Assembly (NCBI GenBank): GCA_951406725.2
Contig: OX597820.1
Coordinates: 51,026,001 to 51,090,000 of the forward strand
Length of the DNA stretch: 64,000 bases
From: Octopus vulgaris
Taxonomy: Eukaryota
Direction: 5' to 3'
Shown: positions 42,340 through 56,854 of the stretch, in pieces
Layout: every line of letters starts with the position of its first letter
Numbering within the stretch: position 1 is the stretch's first letter
Notes under the pieces: model-generated
The model's database searches: none
What the model saw: the letters and a program-made list of their open reading frames with translations, nothing else
Told to the model about the DNA's origin: nothing
Program-made: the position numbers and the translations under genes

Positions 42340-43180
42340 TAGATAGATATACATATATATATAGAGAGAGAGAGCGAAAGAGAGATACACACGTGTGTGT
42401 CTGTGCGTGCTCAGAACTCATTTCTAGAAAGAGTTCCGAAACAAACGTAACGCTATAGCATGCAAATTGTGGGTTGAAAATACTTTGGGTCAATACTTTT
42501 AGTTGACAGTTCAGTTATGAGGTTTCAAGATTTTTGTAACTGGAGAAACTTATACACCTTTCCGACTAAGATCTCGGAGCAAATTTTTTTATAAATATTT
42601 AAATGTAGCCAACTTTCTATGCTGAATATATATATATATCTATTTTACTTTTCTCACAAGGTTCCTTCCTGGTATTTCTCTTTTCGCCGGGAGCGAATAT
42701 GCTGTACTAAGGGTCTGAAAGATTTCGTGAAGTTAGAATGCAAGCTATGCAAGGTTTTCACAGCATTGTATATTCTCAGTTCTGAAACTAATACTAGTTC
42801 ACATTGAGTTCTGTGTATACTCTAATATATATATGTAATACTTTATACTAATGGGTATATGTCGATAGTGTGTTCATGCGTTCAGGAAAGCAATGGCATG
42901 GTTTGGGCTAGCTGTTGTCAACTGCAGTTGGAGTAAATTTCCAGTGGATTTACTTCAGGAATTTCTCAGTGTTAGTTGAATTAATGTTACATGAATAAGT
43001 AACCCAAAAGTGCATGTGGTATCAGTCTGTTTTTTGCACGACGATCTTCTCCATCCATCTTGCAACTATACCTGTGCATCATGTTGTGTTGCAGCCCTTT
43101 TGCAGTCTGGGTCCCATCAGGGATATTCATACATACAGTGGTGCCTCACTAATGAACTTGAGTTGGGGTGGTCAGCTATA

Positions 43181-43232
<52 letters not shown>

Positions 43233-43252
43233 CGTGTGTATGTGTGTGTGTA

Positions 43253-43310
<58 letters not shown>

Positions 43311-43590
43311 ATATATATATGTGTGTGTTTGTATATATATATATATACACACACACATACATACATTCATACATACATACATATATATGTATATAAGATT
43401 ATAGCAGCAACTCCATCTAAGAATATCTGAAAAAGGAATATTATTCCGAAATATCATATTAGACTATGGATGACTAAATTATAACATGTATATAGCTCGT
43501 TGTCTGTGTTATAGTGCATTGTTATACTATTATACTATTCAAAACTTTTCATTCTCTCTCTCTCTGTCTCTTTCTATATATCTATATCTG

Positions 43591-43669
<79 letters not shown>

Positions 43670-43710
43670 CTATCTCTCTATCTATCTCTCTATCTATCTA
43701 TATATATCTA

Positions 43711-43747
<37 letters not shown>

Positions 43748-44851
43748 TCAAACGCGTGCAGTACATCGGATTGGATTGCATGAGTAGTGTTTCTAGGGAA
43801 AAAAAGGAGTTATTGCCGAAAGGACAAGTATTGCTGTTGAAGTGGAAAATATACAGAATACGTAACGACTGCTTCACGGGGCTAGAGGTTTCAGTTGAAT
43901 TAAATTTCACAATATATCACATGAAGTTTGTAGCAGCAAAAATAGGCTGATATGTAACAAATAAATATCGTTTTTCAAAAAAAAAATATTGGACCTAAAA
44001 TTTATACGCAGACAGGTTTTACAACTCACTTCATTCGGCATTGTTAAAGAACAATACGTTAATGGCGTCTAACGGTTTCGGTTTAGAGCAATTTATCCCA
44101 GTCAAAAATACATACATACAGGAGCAGAAGTGCCAGATGAAAATTGGTAATATCTGTGGTTTTGTTTACACGCATACACGCGTTTATATACATAAAAATA
44201 TATATGAATGCATGTCTATACAAGCACATATGTATGTCATATATATATATATGTAAATATATATGGATATATCATATATATACAATATATATTATGCTAT
44301 ATATATATATATATATATATATACATACACATGTATATTCTATATGTGTCTGTGTGTGTTTCTGTGTGTGCTTGTGTGAGCGTGTATGAGTACTCACATG
44401 TGCTCTTGCATTTAACTGCAAGTAGTTATTTGTATGAGTGTTATTTTTTAAAACTTTTTGTTTCCTCCGTTATAAATAGTAGATGAAATATTGCCCAAGT
44501 TCCCTCGACCGAAAATTGGCAGATATCCGATCAACGAGCTTTTATGAAAATCTTCATTCCGGAAGTTACATTAAGTGGTAAGCTATTACAAATGTGTGTA
44601 TTTGAACCTGTTTGTATCTGCTTCTTTTAAATAGGTGCGTCTATATGCAAAGCTGCATAAATAACACACTTATTATACGTCATATTTTTCACATTAAATC
44701 CGATATAGAATTTCATATATAGTTATAAATAACATCTTTTGTTGTTCAGAGGTATGTAAATTTGTACACACACACACACAAACGCACACCCAAACACATA
44801 TATATATATATATATGTGAGAGTGTGTGTGTGTGTGTACACACCTAGGTAC

Positions 44852-44883
<32 letters not shown>

Positions 44884-45194
44884 ATATATATGTGTGTGTG
44901 TATATATGTGTGTGTGTGAGTGTGTACACTATTCAAGAAATCTCAATGCTATCAAGTAGAGCTTAATGAAAGTACAAGAATTATTTCTGAAAAAAAAACT
45001 TAGAGAGAATAACGTTTGTAATTGACGGATGCATAAACGCCATATCTGTGTATCAATCAATCAATCAATCAATCAATCAATTAATCAATCAATCAATCTA
45101 TCTATCTATATATATATTCTATCTATCTACTCATGTTATATTTGCATGAATATATGAATATGATGGTGTGCGCGCGCGCGTGCCCGTATAAACA

Positions 45195-45760
45195 TGTGCA
45201 GGAAGTAAATATACACATTTAATTGTTAAAATCTTTTATTTGATATTAATTGGTTGAAGGAGAGGTTATCTTCTAGCTGCTCGTCCATAATACCAAAGCT
45301 TATGTAGATATGTAACACACGTTCTTTGACTAAGTTCTTGCTGTTTTGCAATGTCAGAAGCCTTCGAACGGGATTCGTGTTCCACAATTATCTTCAAACA
45401 GTGAAGCTTCATTTTCTAGGGCCCAGGTCGGCCAGCACGTGAACCTGTTGATTCTTTTCCTCAGCTTTTAAATTGCACTGTTATTCTATTAGCAGTAGCA
45501 AGAGGAATGGGAACATTTTCGGCAATTTTTCGCTGGCTAAGACCAGCCTGAGATTACCAACAATACGACCTCTTTCCACATCTTATAGGTCCGCTGAATT
45601 TTTTGTACAAGGCATGGTTACTCTTCGCAAATGTTTAATATAATGGCCCCTAGAAGGAAAAGAAAATAATTTCATTGTAAATTCTACAGCGCTGAAAACA
45701 TATTAAGACGCTTAGATCAGAAATTTTGAAAATTTAAACGTGTCTACTTACTTCCTGCAT
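45195..45760. mobile_element. Non-autonomous Tc1/mariner-like element with about 40-bp TIRs
   Basis: tgcaggaagtaaatatacacatttaattgttaaaat (about 45197) versus the reverse complement of about 45722-45759, tgcaggaagtaagtagacacgtttaaattttcaaaatt. Confidence 0.6.
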
Positions 45761-45930
45761 GTCGGTGTATATGTATATACACGCACACATACATACATAC
45801 ATATATACATATATATACACATACACACACGCCTTAATGTAGCAGCTATAATGAATATAAATAAGTTTCCCGATCCTTTTCAGGGATAAATCTCTACTAA
45901 ATGTTGGGAAAAGTATATATATATGCTTGT

Positions 45931-45981
<51 letters not shown>

Positions 45982-46369
45982 TGTGTGTATGTGTGTATGT
46001 GTGTATGTGTGTGTTTAAAGCAATAAATATTTCAAACCGATATTTTTTCTAGTGACTATGAGAATATGTAGCTACCTTTCATCTGTAAGTGCCACCTTCA
46101 CTATAATCTACCTTCATAATACGCCTATAAACCGTTTTGAAAACTCTCAATTACACAAATCCTGCAGAAAATATCAAATTTTCAAAATCTTGTCAACAAC
46201 ATGTTCTATACTATTTGGACACGCCAACATAATTGCTCACATGTATATATGTAAGGATGATAGATGAATAAATTTGCTTACAATTTATTGAACGTCCTTG
46301 AACCTTTTAATAAGTTAAAATAATGTATTACAAAATATCCTATGTGGAAATTATGTAGATGTATTTAGA

Positions 46370-47060
46370 AAAAATAATATAGCCTACAAACGTTTAAAAT
46401 AGCAAACGAATAATTTCTAGAAGAACGTACCCCATAAATATATAAAGTTTAAAGTAACCAATATCCTCTTGCTTAAACTTTTAATTAACATATAATTCAT
46501 ACTGACACAACTATTACACGCTTCATTCATAACCAACCTTTTTCCCAATGCAAACAGTTGCAAATCTCTAGATAATACCAGACCAATTTACCACATCTTC
46601 GTGAACCTTTATAAAATCCGAAATCCTAAAAGCTGAAACAGCTAATTTCACAGGTTAGAATACTGGAGTGTACACCAAAACTTAACCCCCACCTATGCGA
46701 AACAAATTGACACATATACATATAAAACCAGCCACGACTAAAAATATCGCAATTAAAATCAACACAACTAACGCCAGTGATACATTTACTGACTTACAAT
46801 TTAACCGCATTCTTTAATGACTAGCTACAGCCTGAATATGACACACCTAAATATAACTGCTAATTATTATGTTCTACACATGACTAAATTCTAAACAATA
46901 ACATCTCACCAAATTCGATCAATAAAATTAACCACGGCATTTTGCCATCATAACCTGCCATGCAGTCTAATAATCATTCCACACTCTACTGTGAGAAATT
47001 TTGCTTTAACAGCGACTAAATTAAAGCCAGGATGAACTCAAATACATGGCAGTCCAAATA
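46370..47060 (+). mobile_element. Possible ancient LINE 3' remnant
   Basis: A/C-skewed composition typical of a LINE sense strand, with only faint motif remnants (DLQF, TSHQ, HTLL). Confidence 0.25.
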
Positions 47061-47176
47061 TGTGTTAGTTTGCCGAAGCTTGGAAGTCACTGTCAATTGT
47101 ATTCTCGTTGAAGAATGATACATTTCTACCCTGACAAATATATTGAGTAATACTCCTTTTTAATACATCGTAAAGG

Positions 47177-47207
<31 letters not shown>

Positions 47208-47728
47208 CGTTGTGATGCGAAACAACCGTATACTACAAAACACGAATTCAACAGTGTTATTTGAAACCAGTTCAAGATTCAAAAAATATATGCTGTCCAT
47301 CTATGTATGTATATATATTTATATATACTAAATACCATAAATATATCATAGTCAAAGCAATAGAAATGAAACTAATCTATATATACATAGTGAAAATATT
47401 AATAGTTCCCTATTAAAATTGGAAGTATTATTTCTTATTACATTAGACGTGATATTATTTCACTTTTGACACGTAATACTGAAATATTTTAAGAGACAAT
47501 AGATAGCACCTGGCTAGCATTAGGCAAGAAACTGAAAAAGTTTCGGGCCATGATACTGTATGGACCCTAGGTAAGGCACTTGTAAAATTTGAATGAAATC
47601 GGTTGGGTAGTGCTTGAATATTAGTGATGCACATTTACAGACACTCATTTTCAGTATTATGTATATATATATATATATATAGATAGATAGATATACGTAT
47701 ATATAGATACATGTATGCATATATATGT

Positions 47729-47761
<33 letters not shown>

Positions 47762-47762
47762 A

Positions 47763-47796
<34 letters not shown>

Positions 47797-47798
<2 letters not shown>

Positions 47799-48135
47799 GA
47801 AGTTGTCTGTGTATGGCAGGTTTGGTAGCCTTCAACTAACACTATCTCCTCCGAGACCCTGCGGCGCAAGTTGACCAAAATTAAAAGTATGATAGAAGAA
47901 GGCTTGCTCTTCCTTTTGTAGAAGAAAAATTCAAATCGGACCATGTTAACACCAAAAATTATTTACATAAAAAGATGCTTTTTTTCTATGAAAATCCCTA
48001 CATTTTACGATTTTTTGACTGCAGTGTCGCCAGAAAAAATTTCACTTAAAGAAAATAACAAGCTATATAATACTTTTAAAAAATTCCAATTCTAAAGGGT
48101 CGAAACAAACCCGAGCATCGCCGGCGCTACTGATA

Positions 48136-48136
<1 letters not shown>
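47797..48136 (+). mobile_element. Non-autonomous Helitron-like element
   Basis: It ends cccgagcatcgccggcgctactgATAG|T (GC hairpin plus a CTAG variant). The internal aaattcaaatcggacc block resembles tgaaatcggttgg at 47.6 kb. Confidence 0.55.
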
Positions 48137-48176
<40 letters not shown>

Positions 48177-48241
48177 GGTCCCGGGTTGAGTCGGGGTTAA
48201 CCACAGTAAATAAGGTACTCAATACATAGCAGAGTAAATTA

Positions 48242-48336
<95 letters not shown>

Positions 48337-48772
48337 GAGAGAGACGGAGATACATACATTATGAATTTTCCCTTCAAAGGGGACACCTACGTGTTCAACT
48401 ATTTCGGAAGGAGCTAAACAAATGATATGTTTTATAGTGAGTATACGTGTGTGCTTTACATTAGCTTGCACCCTCCCATCAACTCGACGTTGTCTCAACA
48501 GGGGCGTGGTGTGCCACCTGTCGGGCGTCGAATAGATTGCAGAGCAACGTGAGATGGAGTGCTTCGCTCAAGAATATAACGCACATCTTGTCTAGAAATT
48601 GAAATAGGGTTTCTCGTGCAATATCACAGTCACTAGGCCATCCGTACTCATGCGTTTGTGTGTATATGAGAGTGTGTGTGTGTGTGTGTGGGTGCGCGTG
48701 GTTTGCGTGTTTGTGTGTATACACATACGTATGTATATATGTATATGTATTCTTACTTATATGTATTTGCTT

Positions 48773-49285
48773 TGAAGTGCGGCACATCTGTAAGATGAGC
48801 AAATTTGGAGACCCGGCAATGCAGCTAGGGAGTGGCAGATACCACGGTACTGTGAAATTTATGGAAGTTGGATTATTAGCTGGATCCATGGCTGAATCAA
48901 CGTTTTTCCTACTCGTGCAAAGATGGCACGTATGAATGAGGAAGCCACCTTGAGCATAATCCTATGAACGCGGGAAATTTAAAACAGAGGGTTACCTACT
49001 TGCAAACAAATGTGGTGACATGTAACATCATTGACCAAGGATACCGTGGTCTTTTCCGTAGGCTTTTTTTCCCACGGATAAACCTCATCTGCTTCCCCCT
49101 TTACACCATGACACTGTGATAAAGGATCCCTATTCATCGTGTTTTTCCTTTTTTTCTTCTTTCCCTTTACGATCCCTTTTGATCGAAAACCTAACCCCAC
49201 TTTTTTCTCTCCCCCCCCAAAAGAAAAGCTCTACGTTGTAATATGTCCCGTCCGTGTGCAGCCCTGTGTGGCTAATAAAGAAACA
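48773..49285 (+). mobile_element. Possible solo LTR or unclassified repeat
   Basis: A GC-richer block of about 510 bp that starts TG and ends AATAAAGAAACA directly into (TATC)n. No target-site duplication is resolved. Confidence 0.3.
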
Positions 49286-49352
<67 letters not shown>

Positions 49353-49484
49353 ATATCTATTTGTCTCTATCATCTATCTACATCTGCATACATGTATCTA
49401 TCTCTCTGTCGATCTATCTTTCTTTCTATCTATTTATCTATCTATACATACATACATATATATATCTCTCTCTATTTATCTACT

Positions 49485-49515
<31 letters not shown>

Positions 49516-50199
49516 TTATACATCTATCTCTCTATCTCTCTATCTACCTATCTATCTTTCTAGCTATCGATCTATCTTTATGTATTTATATGCCTAAACA
49601 TTGACGTACATCCTTAAACAAAAGTGGATTGTACTTAATATTGATACATGAAAGAGATTTAAATATAACATTAACTTCACGTGATTTTGATCTGTCTATT
49701 TATATATTTCTTCATTCTTTCCTTTTATTCAGATATATTTAAAGGCCAGACTGTTTACGTCTTATAAAAATAATTCTATTTACCTGTTTTTATTAAACAG
49801 ATAATTTTAAAGCAATTATCCTAATAATACCCCCACTCCTTATCCATCACTATCTCATATATATTTACCGTTTTACTCATCATACTGTACGTTTACCACT
49901 TCATTACTCACTCTGTGTTTACGCAGTATTATCCACACACCTTTTCAGCAACGCGTAACCTTATATCAATACAACTACATTTGTTTCGGAGAACATTGCT
50001 ATCTACTTTTTCTTTAGCTACTTCAAGAACCTATATATGTTCAACCTTATTACATCAGCCTTACTTCATCTCTATACCAAATAACATCCTTATATATGTA
50101 AGAACTTAAATATGAATATGGGCGCGTGCGTGTGCGTATGTGTGTGTGTATATGTGTGTATTTGTGTGTGTGTGTATGTCTGCCTATATATTTGTTTAC

Positions 50200-50550
50200 T
50201 ATTTTACTTGATTCAGTCACTTGACTGTGGCCATACTGGAGCACCGCCTTTAATCGAACAAATTGACCCCGAGACTTATTTTTTGTATGCCTAGTACTTA
50301 TTCTGTTGATCTTTTTTGCCGAATCGCTAAGTTACGGGGACGTAAACACACCATCATCGGTTGTCAAATATATATATACATATATACGACGGATTGTTTC
50401 AGTTTCCGTCTACCAAATCCATTCACAAGGCTTTGGTCGGCCCGAGTCTATAGTAGAATACACTTGCCCCAGGTGCCACGCAGTAGAACTAAACTGGGAA
50501 CCATGTGGTTGGTAAGCAACCTTCTTACCACACAGCCACTCGTACGCCTA
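50200..50550 (-). mobile_element. SINE family 1 copy
   Basis: Colinear with 9285-9682. Confidence 0.8.
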
Positions 50551-51069
50551 TATGTATATATATGTGTGTATAAGTGCGCGCGTGTGTATATGTGTGTTGT
50601 TGAGTTTAATATTTGCAGAATATGACCATGGAAGAAAAAAAAACCATGCCACGCCATTCATCCTTATACCTGACAACACCTTACTATCAGATAAGACTAT
50701 TAAAATATTATTTTCCAGTTCATCATATTTGTTTCAACACTCAATGATGTGACAACGTAATGATTACTTTCTTACTTAGGAAGAGAACAACATATCTGGT
50801 TGAAATCTAAGTACTTTAAATGCATATATTTTCATTGATAAAGATGTATGAAACACGAATATTTGTTTCTCGATTATATTTGAATAACAGTAATATAACA
50901 CAGCACTGCGAAGCATTTTCTCACTCTCAAAACGGCTTTGCGAATCCACTGACAGGGTCATGATATATGACACTATGAAATCGAAAGTATTCATATTACT
51001 ATCATATATATTATCATTCAAAACAATACAAGAGAAACAAATACAAATAAAATCGAAATATGGCGTTCG

Positions 51070-51649
51070 GTTAGCATGACCACCACCAACATCTGGTCGA
51101 GCTTGCTCGGAGATTTTTAAACCGCACGCACAAGGCATCTCCGTCCTGCGTTAGTTGGAGGAGGACTTCTGAGAGGTATCCAGTGTCTCTTGTTTGTTGA
51201 TTAACATAAATTTTGTTCTGACGACTTCCTCGAATACGGCCATGCTTTGGCATCTATAAGCAGACCCGGGAAAAAACACGGGCTGCTCTTTGGCAAGGCA
51301 TAGCATCCGTTAGCAAACCTGCTAGGGTCTCTCTGAAATTCTGAAGCCGTGTAAATACCGGATATGTCTATCATTGGAAAGCTGGATGGTAGTAAGGAAT
51401 GAAATGGTAGACTTAAAAAATACTTTGTCTTTGGATTTCTCTTCACATTGCTGAATATATTACAATTTATGAATCTTCGTCGGGGAAACGCATCAGTTTC
51501 ACTGGCATTAAAATCATCTATAAAACTTGCTAAAATAGACGAAAAATTAGCAATCGAACGGCACTCTAAGCCATGTAGTAACCTCAGAAATTCGCTTAGC
51601 ATGATATGCACAAATATGACTAATACTTTCTATCTTGTGGTGGAAACAT
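51070..51649 (-). pseudogene. Best-preserved IL-17-like secreted cystine-knot gene relic (frameshifted)
   Basis: The ATG at 51649 plus one added A in an A run gives MFPPQDRKVLVIFVHIMLSEFLRLLHG-LECRS (signal-peptide-like). The long open frame continues to FQRDPSRF...SPCFFPG, then SAYRCQSMAVFEEVVR, HWIP and CACGLK in shifted frames. Confidence 0.55.
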
Positions 51650-51719
51650 AGACAAAAATTATTTATTCAGGGTCCGTGTAACGATAGAAACTTTATTAAA
51701 TTTCATTATTTTTGTATAA

Positions 51720-52590
51720 AACGGCGAGCTGGGATTATCGTTGCTACGCAGAACAAAATTCTATATGGCTTTTCGCCCTCCTTTAAGACCTGTCTTCATT
51801 ACTTCGGGGTCGATAAAATCAAAACCAGTCATATACTAGGGTCCATGTTATTAACTAAGTCCATACGCTAAAATTTTAGTCAGTGTGTCTATATTAGAAA
51901 GGATTATTACTATTATACGTCGGGTGGCGTGCTGGCAGAACTATTAGTTAGCTTGGCAAAAGACTTGGCGGCATTTCGTCTGTCTGTATTTTCTGATTTC
52001 AAATTCCACCGATTTTGACTTTTCCTTTGATCCTTTCGAGTGGATTAAGTAAATACCATTTGGCATGGGTTGGCATCATCGACTAGACATCTCCCACAAT
52101 TTACAGCCCTTGTACCTATGATAGAAAAAAATATGGTTTCAAATTTTGGCACTAGGCCAGCTATTTCGGGAGAGGGTAGAATTCGATTACATCGATCTTA
52201 GTCAATAATTGATACTAATTTTAAATGCATTGAAAATAGAAAAGAATAAGTGATCATGGTGGTATTTCAAGTCAGAACGCAACGTTTGGAAGAAATGCCG
52301 CTAAGCACATTATCTCAGGCCGTAAATTTCTGCCAGCTCAAAGCTCTAGCAAAATAAAATTATTACTACTCTATTTTAGGTTCCAGCTGGCGTAACCGTT
52401 CACACGTCGATAAAAAGGATGAGCAGATTTTCGTCAGTTATTACGTTCTGAGTACAAATTCCACCAAGGTCGGCTCTATTTTCGATCCTTTCATGGTCGA
52501 TAAAATAAGTACAAGTTGAGCAATGGGGTCGTTGTGATACGCTAGCCTTGCAAAATTTCTCTTGCTTGTTGTGCTTGTTGTAGAAAGCAT
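51720..52590. mobile_element. Cluster of four diverged SINE family 2 copies (three plus strand, one minus)
   Basis: Heads at about 51722, 51924 and 52384 on the plus strand. An inverted copy lies at about 52133-52340 (ccgctaagca...tctgccagctc). Confidence 0.7.
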
Positions 52591-53199
52591 TGCTACTATT
52601 TGTTTTCTAGAAAATGGCATGCTTGAAACTTTAGAAATCTAGGTTTCGTCAACGAACTAGGGATAACAGTTACATAATTTCATATTTTCGTAAATATGTG
52701 TTTCAATTTACTTCAAAGAAATCCTTTCAACATGTAGCTTTTTTAACAACTATATCGTCATAGATTGAAAAATGTTAGCTTCGATCCGGTACTAAGAAAC
52801 GTCCAAAATAATGTTTTGATATGACACCTAATGTATTCCAGGACAATATATTCGGTGAGTGATGAGGAATGTATTTGGAATGAGAATTAGAACCAATATC
52901 AGAGAAAGTACACCAAAAGATTATCTTTTGTACCACTCCTCTCGAGAGCTAGGAAAGAATATTACTAGCAATATTTGGAGAGTAATCAACATTAGCGATT
53001 AACGTTACGTATAGTTGAAGTATATGATATAGTTTCACTATACTATCGGAAAATGTTTCGTGAAACTGCTTTGATCTCAAATATTATTTACATGTAAGAG
53101 AATTATACTAGAATCAAATGAAAATAGTAAGAGACTAACGGTCAATAAATAAATAAATGTGCAAAGCCCATTAATTGAATACGTGATATTACGGGTATT

Positions 53200-53655
53200 G
53201 AGAAATTTGTACACTCTCCGACGCCCTTTCTTCGGATAAATGGGACATGTAGAGATTGCATGATATATAGTCAATACTCAAACATATTCTTTATTCTTTA
53301 GAGGAAAACGACATCCTATCCCAAATCTCGTAAGTGGTATCCACACACAACACGCAAATGCATCTTATTTTATCGAATTGTTGTTTTCTCCAAAATAATT
53401 GACTACCAATGAACGCATACCAAACGCGACCATTAGGCCTTTTAGAATGGACTACATTATCTAATGCATCATTTCCTTTTTATATAGAATGATAATAGTG
53501 TGTATTTTGTGCAAAGTTTGTTTGTATTTGACAATAGGTCTAGCAACTAAGGGGTTGGATTCCTCCTTAGTTGGCTTTCTAATAGTTATCGGCAGTAGTG
53601 AAAATGCATTAATGAAATATGTAAAGTGTGGTACTCAGCCTCTGCTGAGTATCAT
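53200..53655 (-). pseudogene. Putative decayed IL-17-like paralog
   Basis: ACCACCATG start at 53655; RKPTKEE; KIRCICVLCVD (C-x-C-x-x-C); FGIGCRF; GVGECT near 53210. Confidence 0.4.
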
Positions 53656-54409
53656 GGTGGTTTCGTTACAATTGCAGGTTATAAGAATCAACTCTTATGT
53701 TGCTTCTTTAGAATGAAATGTAACATCTATATGCCTATTGTCTCATCCCTATACATTTGAAATGCGAATAAAATCACATGTAACAGAACTATATATTTTC
53801 ACTACAAAATTGCTTTCCCAAATTTTAAAGCTCAACGCATTTTGCTAAGTTGTATTTAGTTCATCACAAAATGAACGACAATATAAATAAATAATAATAC
53901 AAAATATAGAATTTTTGGAGAACATTTTGCACTCTCAAAATCCACTCGAGTTAAGTTATTATTCATACTATTTAGCTGTATATGATTAGAAGGAGTGATG
54001 ATAACCTACATCAGCTTTGTTAGATGTGACTTATGGACATAATTATATTCATAAATATTATGTCTGGCTAAAACTGTCCATTGGGAGAAAATACAAAATT
54101 CGTAATTATTTGCTATGAGCAATTTGTATCATGTAAAAATATAATAAAAAAAAAGAAACTAATTCATAAAAGAAAATATAAATAACATCTATTCAAGCAG
54201 TATCATTTTAATAATTACACACATAAATTTATATTGTACATTGTGAAAATGACAACTATTATTATATATGGATATTATGAATCATGATAAAATATTTGAC
54301 ATGAATGTGTTCATGTTCTCTAAGAGAAATATGCTATAATCGTTTGTTACAAAAAGAATACAGTTCTGAGATTAAATAAGCGAAATAAAAATACTTAATG
54401 CTCCTGTTA

Positions 54410-54820
54410 CGAACCATGTCACATTACATAACTACCGTTAGATGCCGAAGATGGATGTTAACTTTAGCACTAGATGGAATAGATCTATGATACAAGTGTT
54501 TGTATCAGCAGCACCGTCAAGTATAAGCAAACAATATGCATTTATGAGATATATACAAAGTTTGTAAATATAAGCAACGCTCATAAGCATGTTCTTGCTC
54601 TTCTATAACAATCAATCAGTATTTATCAGATCAGAACCTTTAGTGTTGCAACATATCTTAGGATATTAATTCTATGATTTGTTCGGTAAAATACGAGAGG
54701 GAAGGTGTGAGATTTGGAGAGATGGATACAGAGCAATTGATGAGCAGTCTTGGATGCAGATGGGAGCCATCTCAGCAAAAGGATGGAGAGGAGGTATACT
54801 TTCAGAGTCGTGATGCCCAT
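54410..54820 (-). pseudogene. Putative decayed IL-17-like paralog
   Basis: MGITTLKVYLLSILLLRWLPSAS (signal-peptide-like); RARTCL* (TGA, one change from Trp; cf. RSTCPW); YLINAYCLLILDGAADTNTCIIDLFHLVLK; NGSY. Confidence 0.5.
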
Positions 54821-55029
54821 AGCGTTTCTACAGATCTATAAATAGATAAAACTATTTATTTAGTATATTATTTCTAATGTATAAAATCTATCTACTTTTC
54901 CGCCGATATAATTCCCCTTTACTTTCACAGATCCAGTCTTAGCAACTGTATGAAATAACTGACAAAAATCATTGATATTACTTACTCAAATACTTTTGAC
55001 GTTTTGTCTTCTACATCTTTACAAAGTAT

Positions 55030-55760
55030 ATGTTGCTTGGTGTCTCCAGTTAAACCGTTGCAACATTTGCCGTATCTAATTATCTGTCGAAGATCGAATT
55101 TGTTACAGCATATATAAATAATACATTTCATATAAGTGTCAACACTCTGCTAATCAGAATACAAAATTGTCGTTGACTTTCGTACCCATAGTCACATGGA
55201 CACGTAATATGATAAAGTCGACATTTGTATTGTATCAATGCCTACTCCAGGCTACAAGAGAAATTAAGCCTAAATTTGATTCGTTTTGTTAAACTCATTT
55301 AGTGAAAGGAGAATATAGGTGGTACATTTTGAACTTATATAGCTTGATATACTCTCTATCAATTACATTAACTAATTTGATGTGCTTGAATCAGAGACGT
55401 AGAAAGGCGCCGAAGAAGCTAAGGATTTAGATATATTTTTAAACACACGTGCACATCACAAACACACAAACACATACAACACACACACACACAGATATAT
55501 GAAAGTGCATGTGAGTAGAAAGCAGATACGTATGTGTGTATACATGCATATATCCATTTATCTGTACGCATACACGCACATATGCGAACACTCACACACA
55601 AACGCACTCACACAAATATATATGTACAATGAATTGAAAAGACTTGATATATGCACTTGATAAATTCTGTTAAAATGTATAAAATTGGCATAATTTACAT
55701 TCGGCCGACTATAAAATGTATTTCCTATAACTAATAGCAAATACTGTCTTCACAGATATA
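55030..55760 (-). pseudogene. Putative decayed IL-17-like paralog split by a (CA)-rich tract (55440-55620)
   Basis: VKTVFAI...SAECK; SSAPFYV; SKC; LGLISLVAW; LYHITCPCDYGYESQRQFCILISRVLTL. Confidence 0.45.
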
Positions 55761-56159
55761 TATATTCATTCAAATAAACACGACATCTCTTACGCATTGC
55801 TTGATACTATTACATACAACAGTACCTTTACTTCAGTGTTACGTCTCTTATGCTAATTCTGTGCATCTGTTCGATTTATCATCAAGATACAACTTTTATT
55901 GAAAGGGAATTATAATTCAAGATGTAATAAAATTCCACGTTATCCAGCTGCTTAGGATGTTATTTCTCATATTTTTTTCCTTACGCTTAAACATTACCTT
56001 AAAATGAGATACTATTTTCTGTTCAGCTTCTGGTTTCCAGAGTAGGTAGTAAAATCCTATACTATATACCATCTCATTATGCAGACTTCCAATGTAAAGA
56101 CTAACCTTTTTTTTAAATTCTGGGAGAAATAAGCGTATATTGTAGGCAAATATTCGTAT

Positions 56160-56660
56160 TTACATGATAGTGATGAAAAGAATCACACATCTTGCATGAT
56201 ATTAATCCAGATACACAAGGGAAACATTTATCTACTCTGCATGATTTACTGTGTATTTCTATTGTCGCCTTGCAGGGGATAATACATTTAAAAGTCGTAC
56301 ACATATCTACTCTTTGAATTTAAGATCACTGGACATATACATGCCTATGACAAGGGATTATAGGAACATAAATTCCTTGTAAACTTATACCAATAGTAAT
56401 GCACAATACTTCAGTTGAACAAACATAATTTAATGCTCGATCAGATGTTTACTTTCTTTTCAAATTTTTGTTTTCCTTTCGTTAATATACTGTTGATATT
56501 TGAAGAAATTCTTTCTTCATACGTTAAAGCCTGCTTTTTCAACAAGCACACCTGTTTGTTCTGTATTATATCATCAATAAATAACAGGCTACGTCTATTT
56601 CTTAAATAAATGAAGACTATAATAAATATCAATGCTTTTAGAGTCAAGATATACTGACAT
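56160..56660 (-). pseudogene. Putative decayed IL-17-like paralog
   Basis: ATG at 56660, then after a shift LTLKALIFIIVFIY; SIVHYYW; ACICP; MCTTFKCIIP; KSC; ISCKMC. Confidence 0.35.
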
Positions 56661-56854
56661 GCAGGGAAAAATTATTGTGAAATATAAAAGAAACTGTATC
56701 CGAACACAAAGCAGCTGTGTTTTGGAATATAATTAATATTTATGTGGCATACAAACTTTTTCTAATAAAAATGCAGGCAGTGTCTTTGAAATAATCGGTT
56801 TTTACGTGCGCGCGTTTGTGTGTCTTTCTGTGTCATATTTCATTACATCATTTT

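Noticed and set aside
42480-43000. Penelope GIY-YIG endonuclease remnant (LVQHIRS on the minus strand)
   Set aside because: Only a short motif resemblance; no GIY or YIG residues are recoverable.
54626-54820. Intact small secreted peptide gene, or alternatively a LINE 3' remnant
   Set aside because: It is better explained as the N-terminal part of a frameshifted IL-17-like relic, given the downstream motifs. A LINE origin is not fully excluded.
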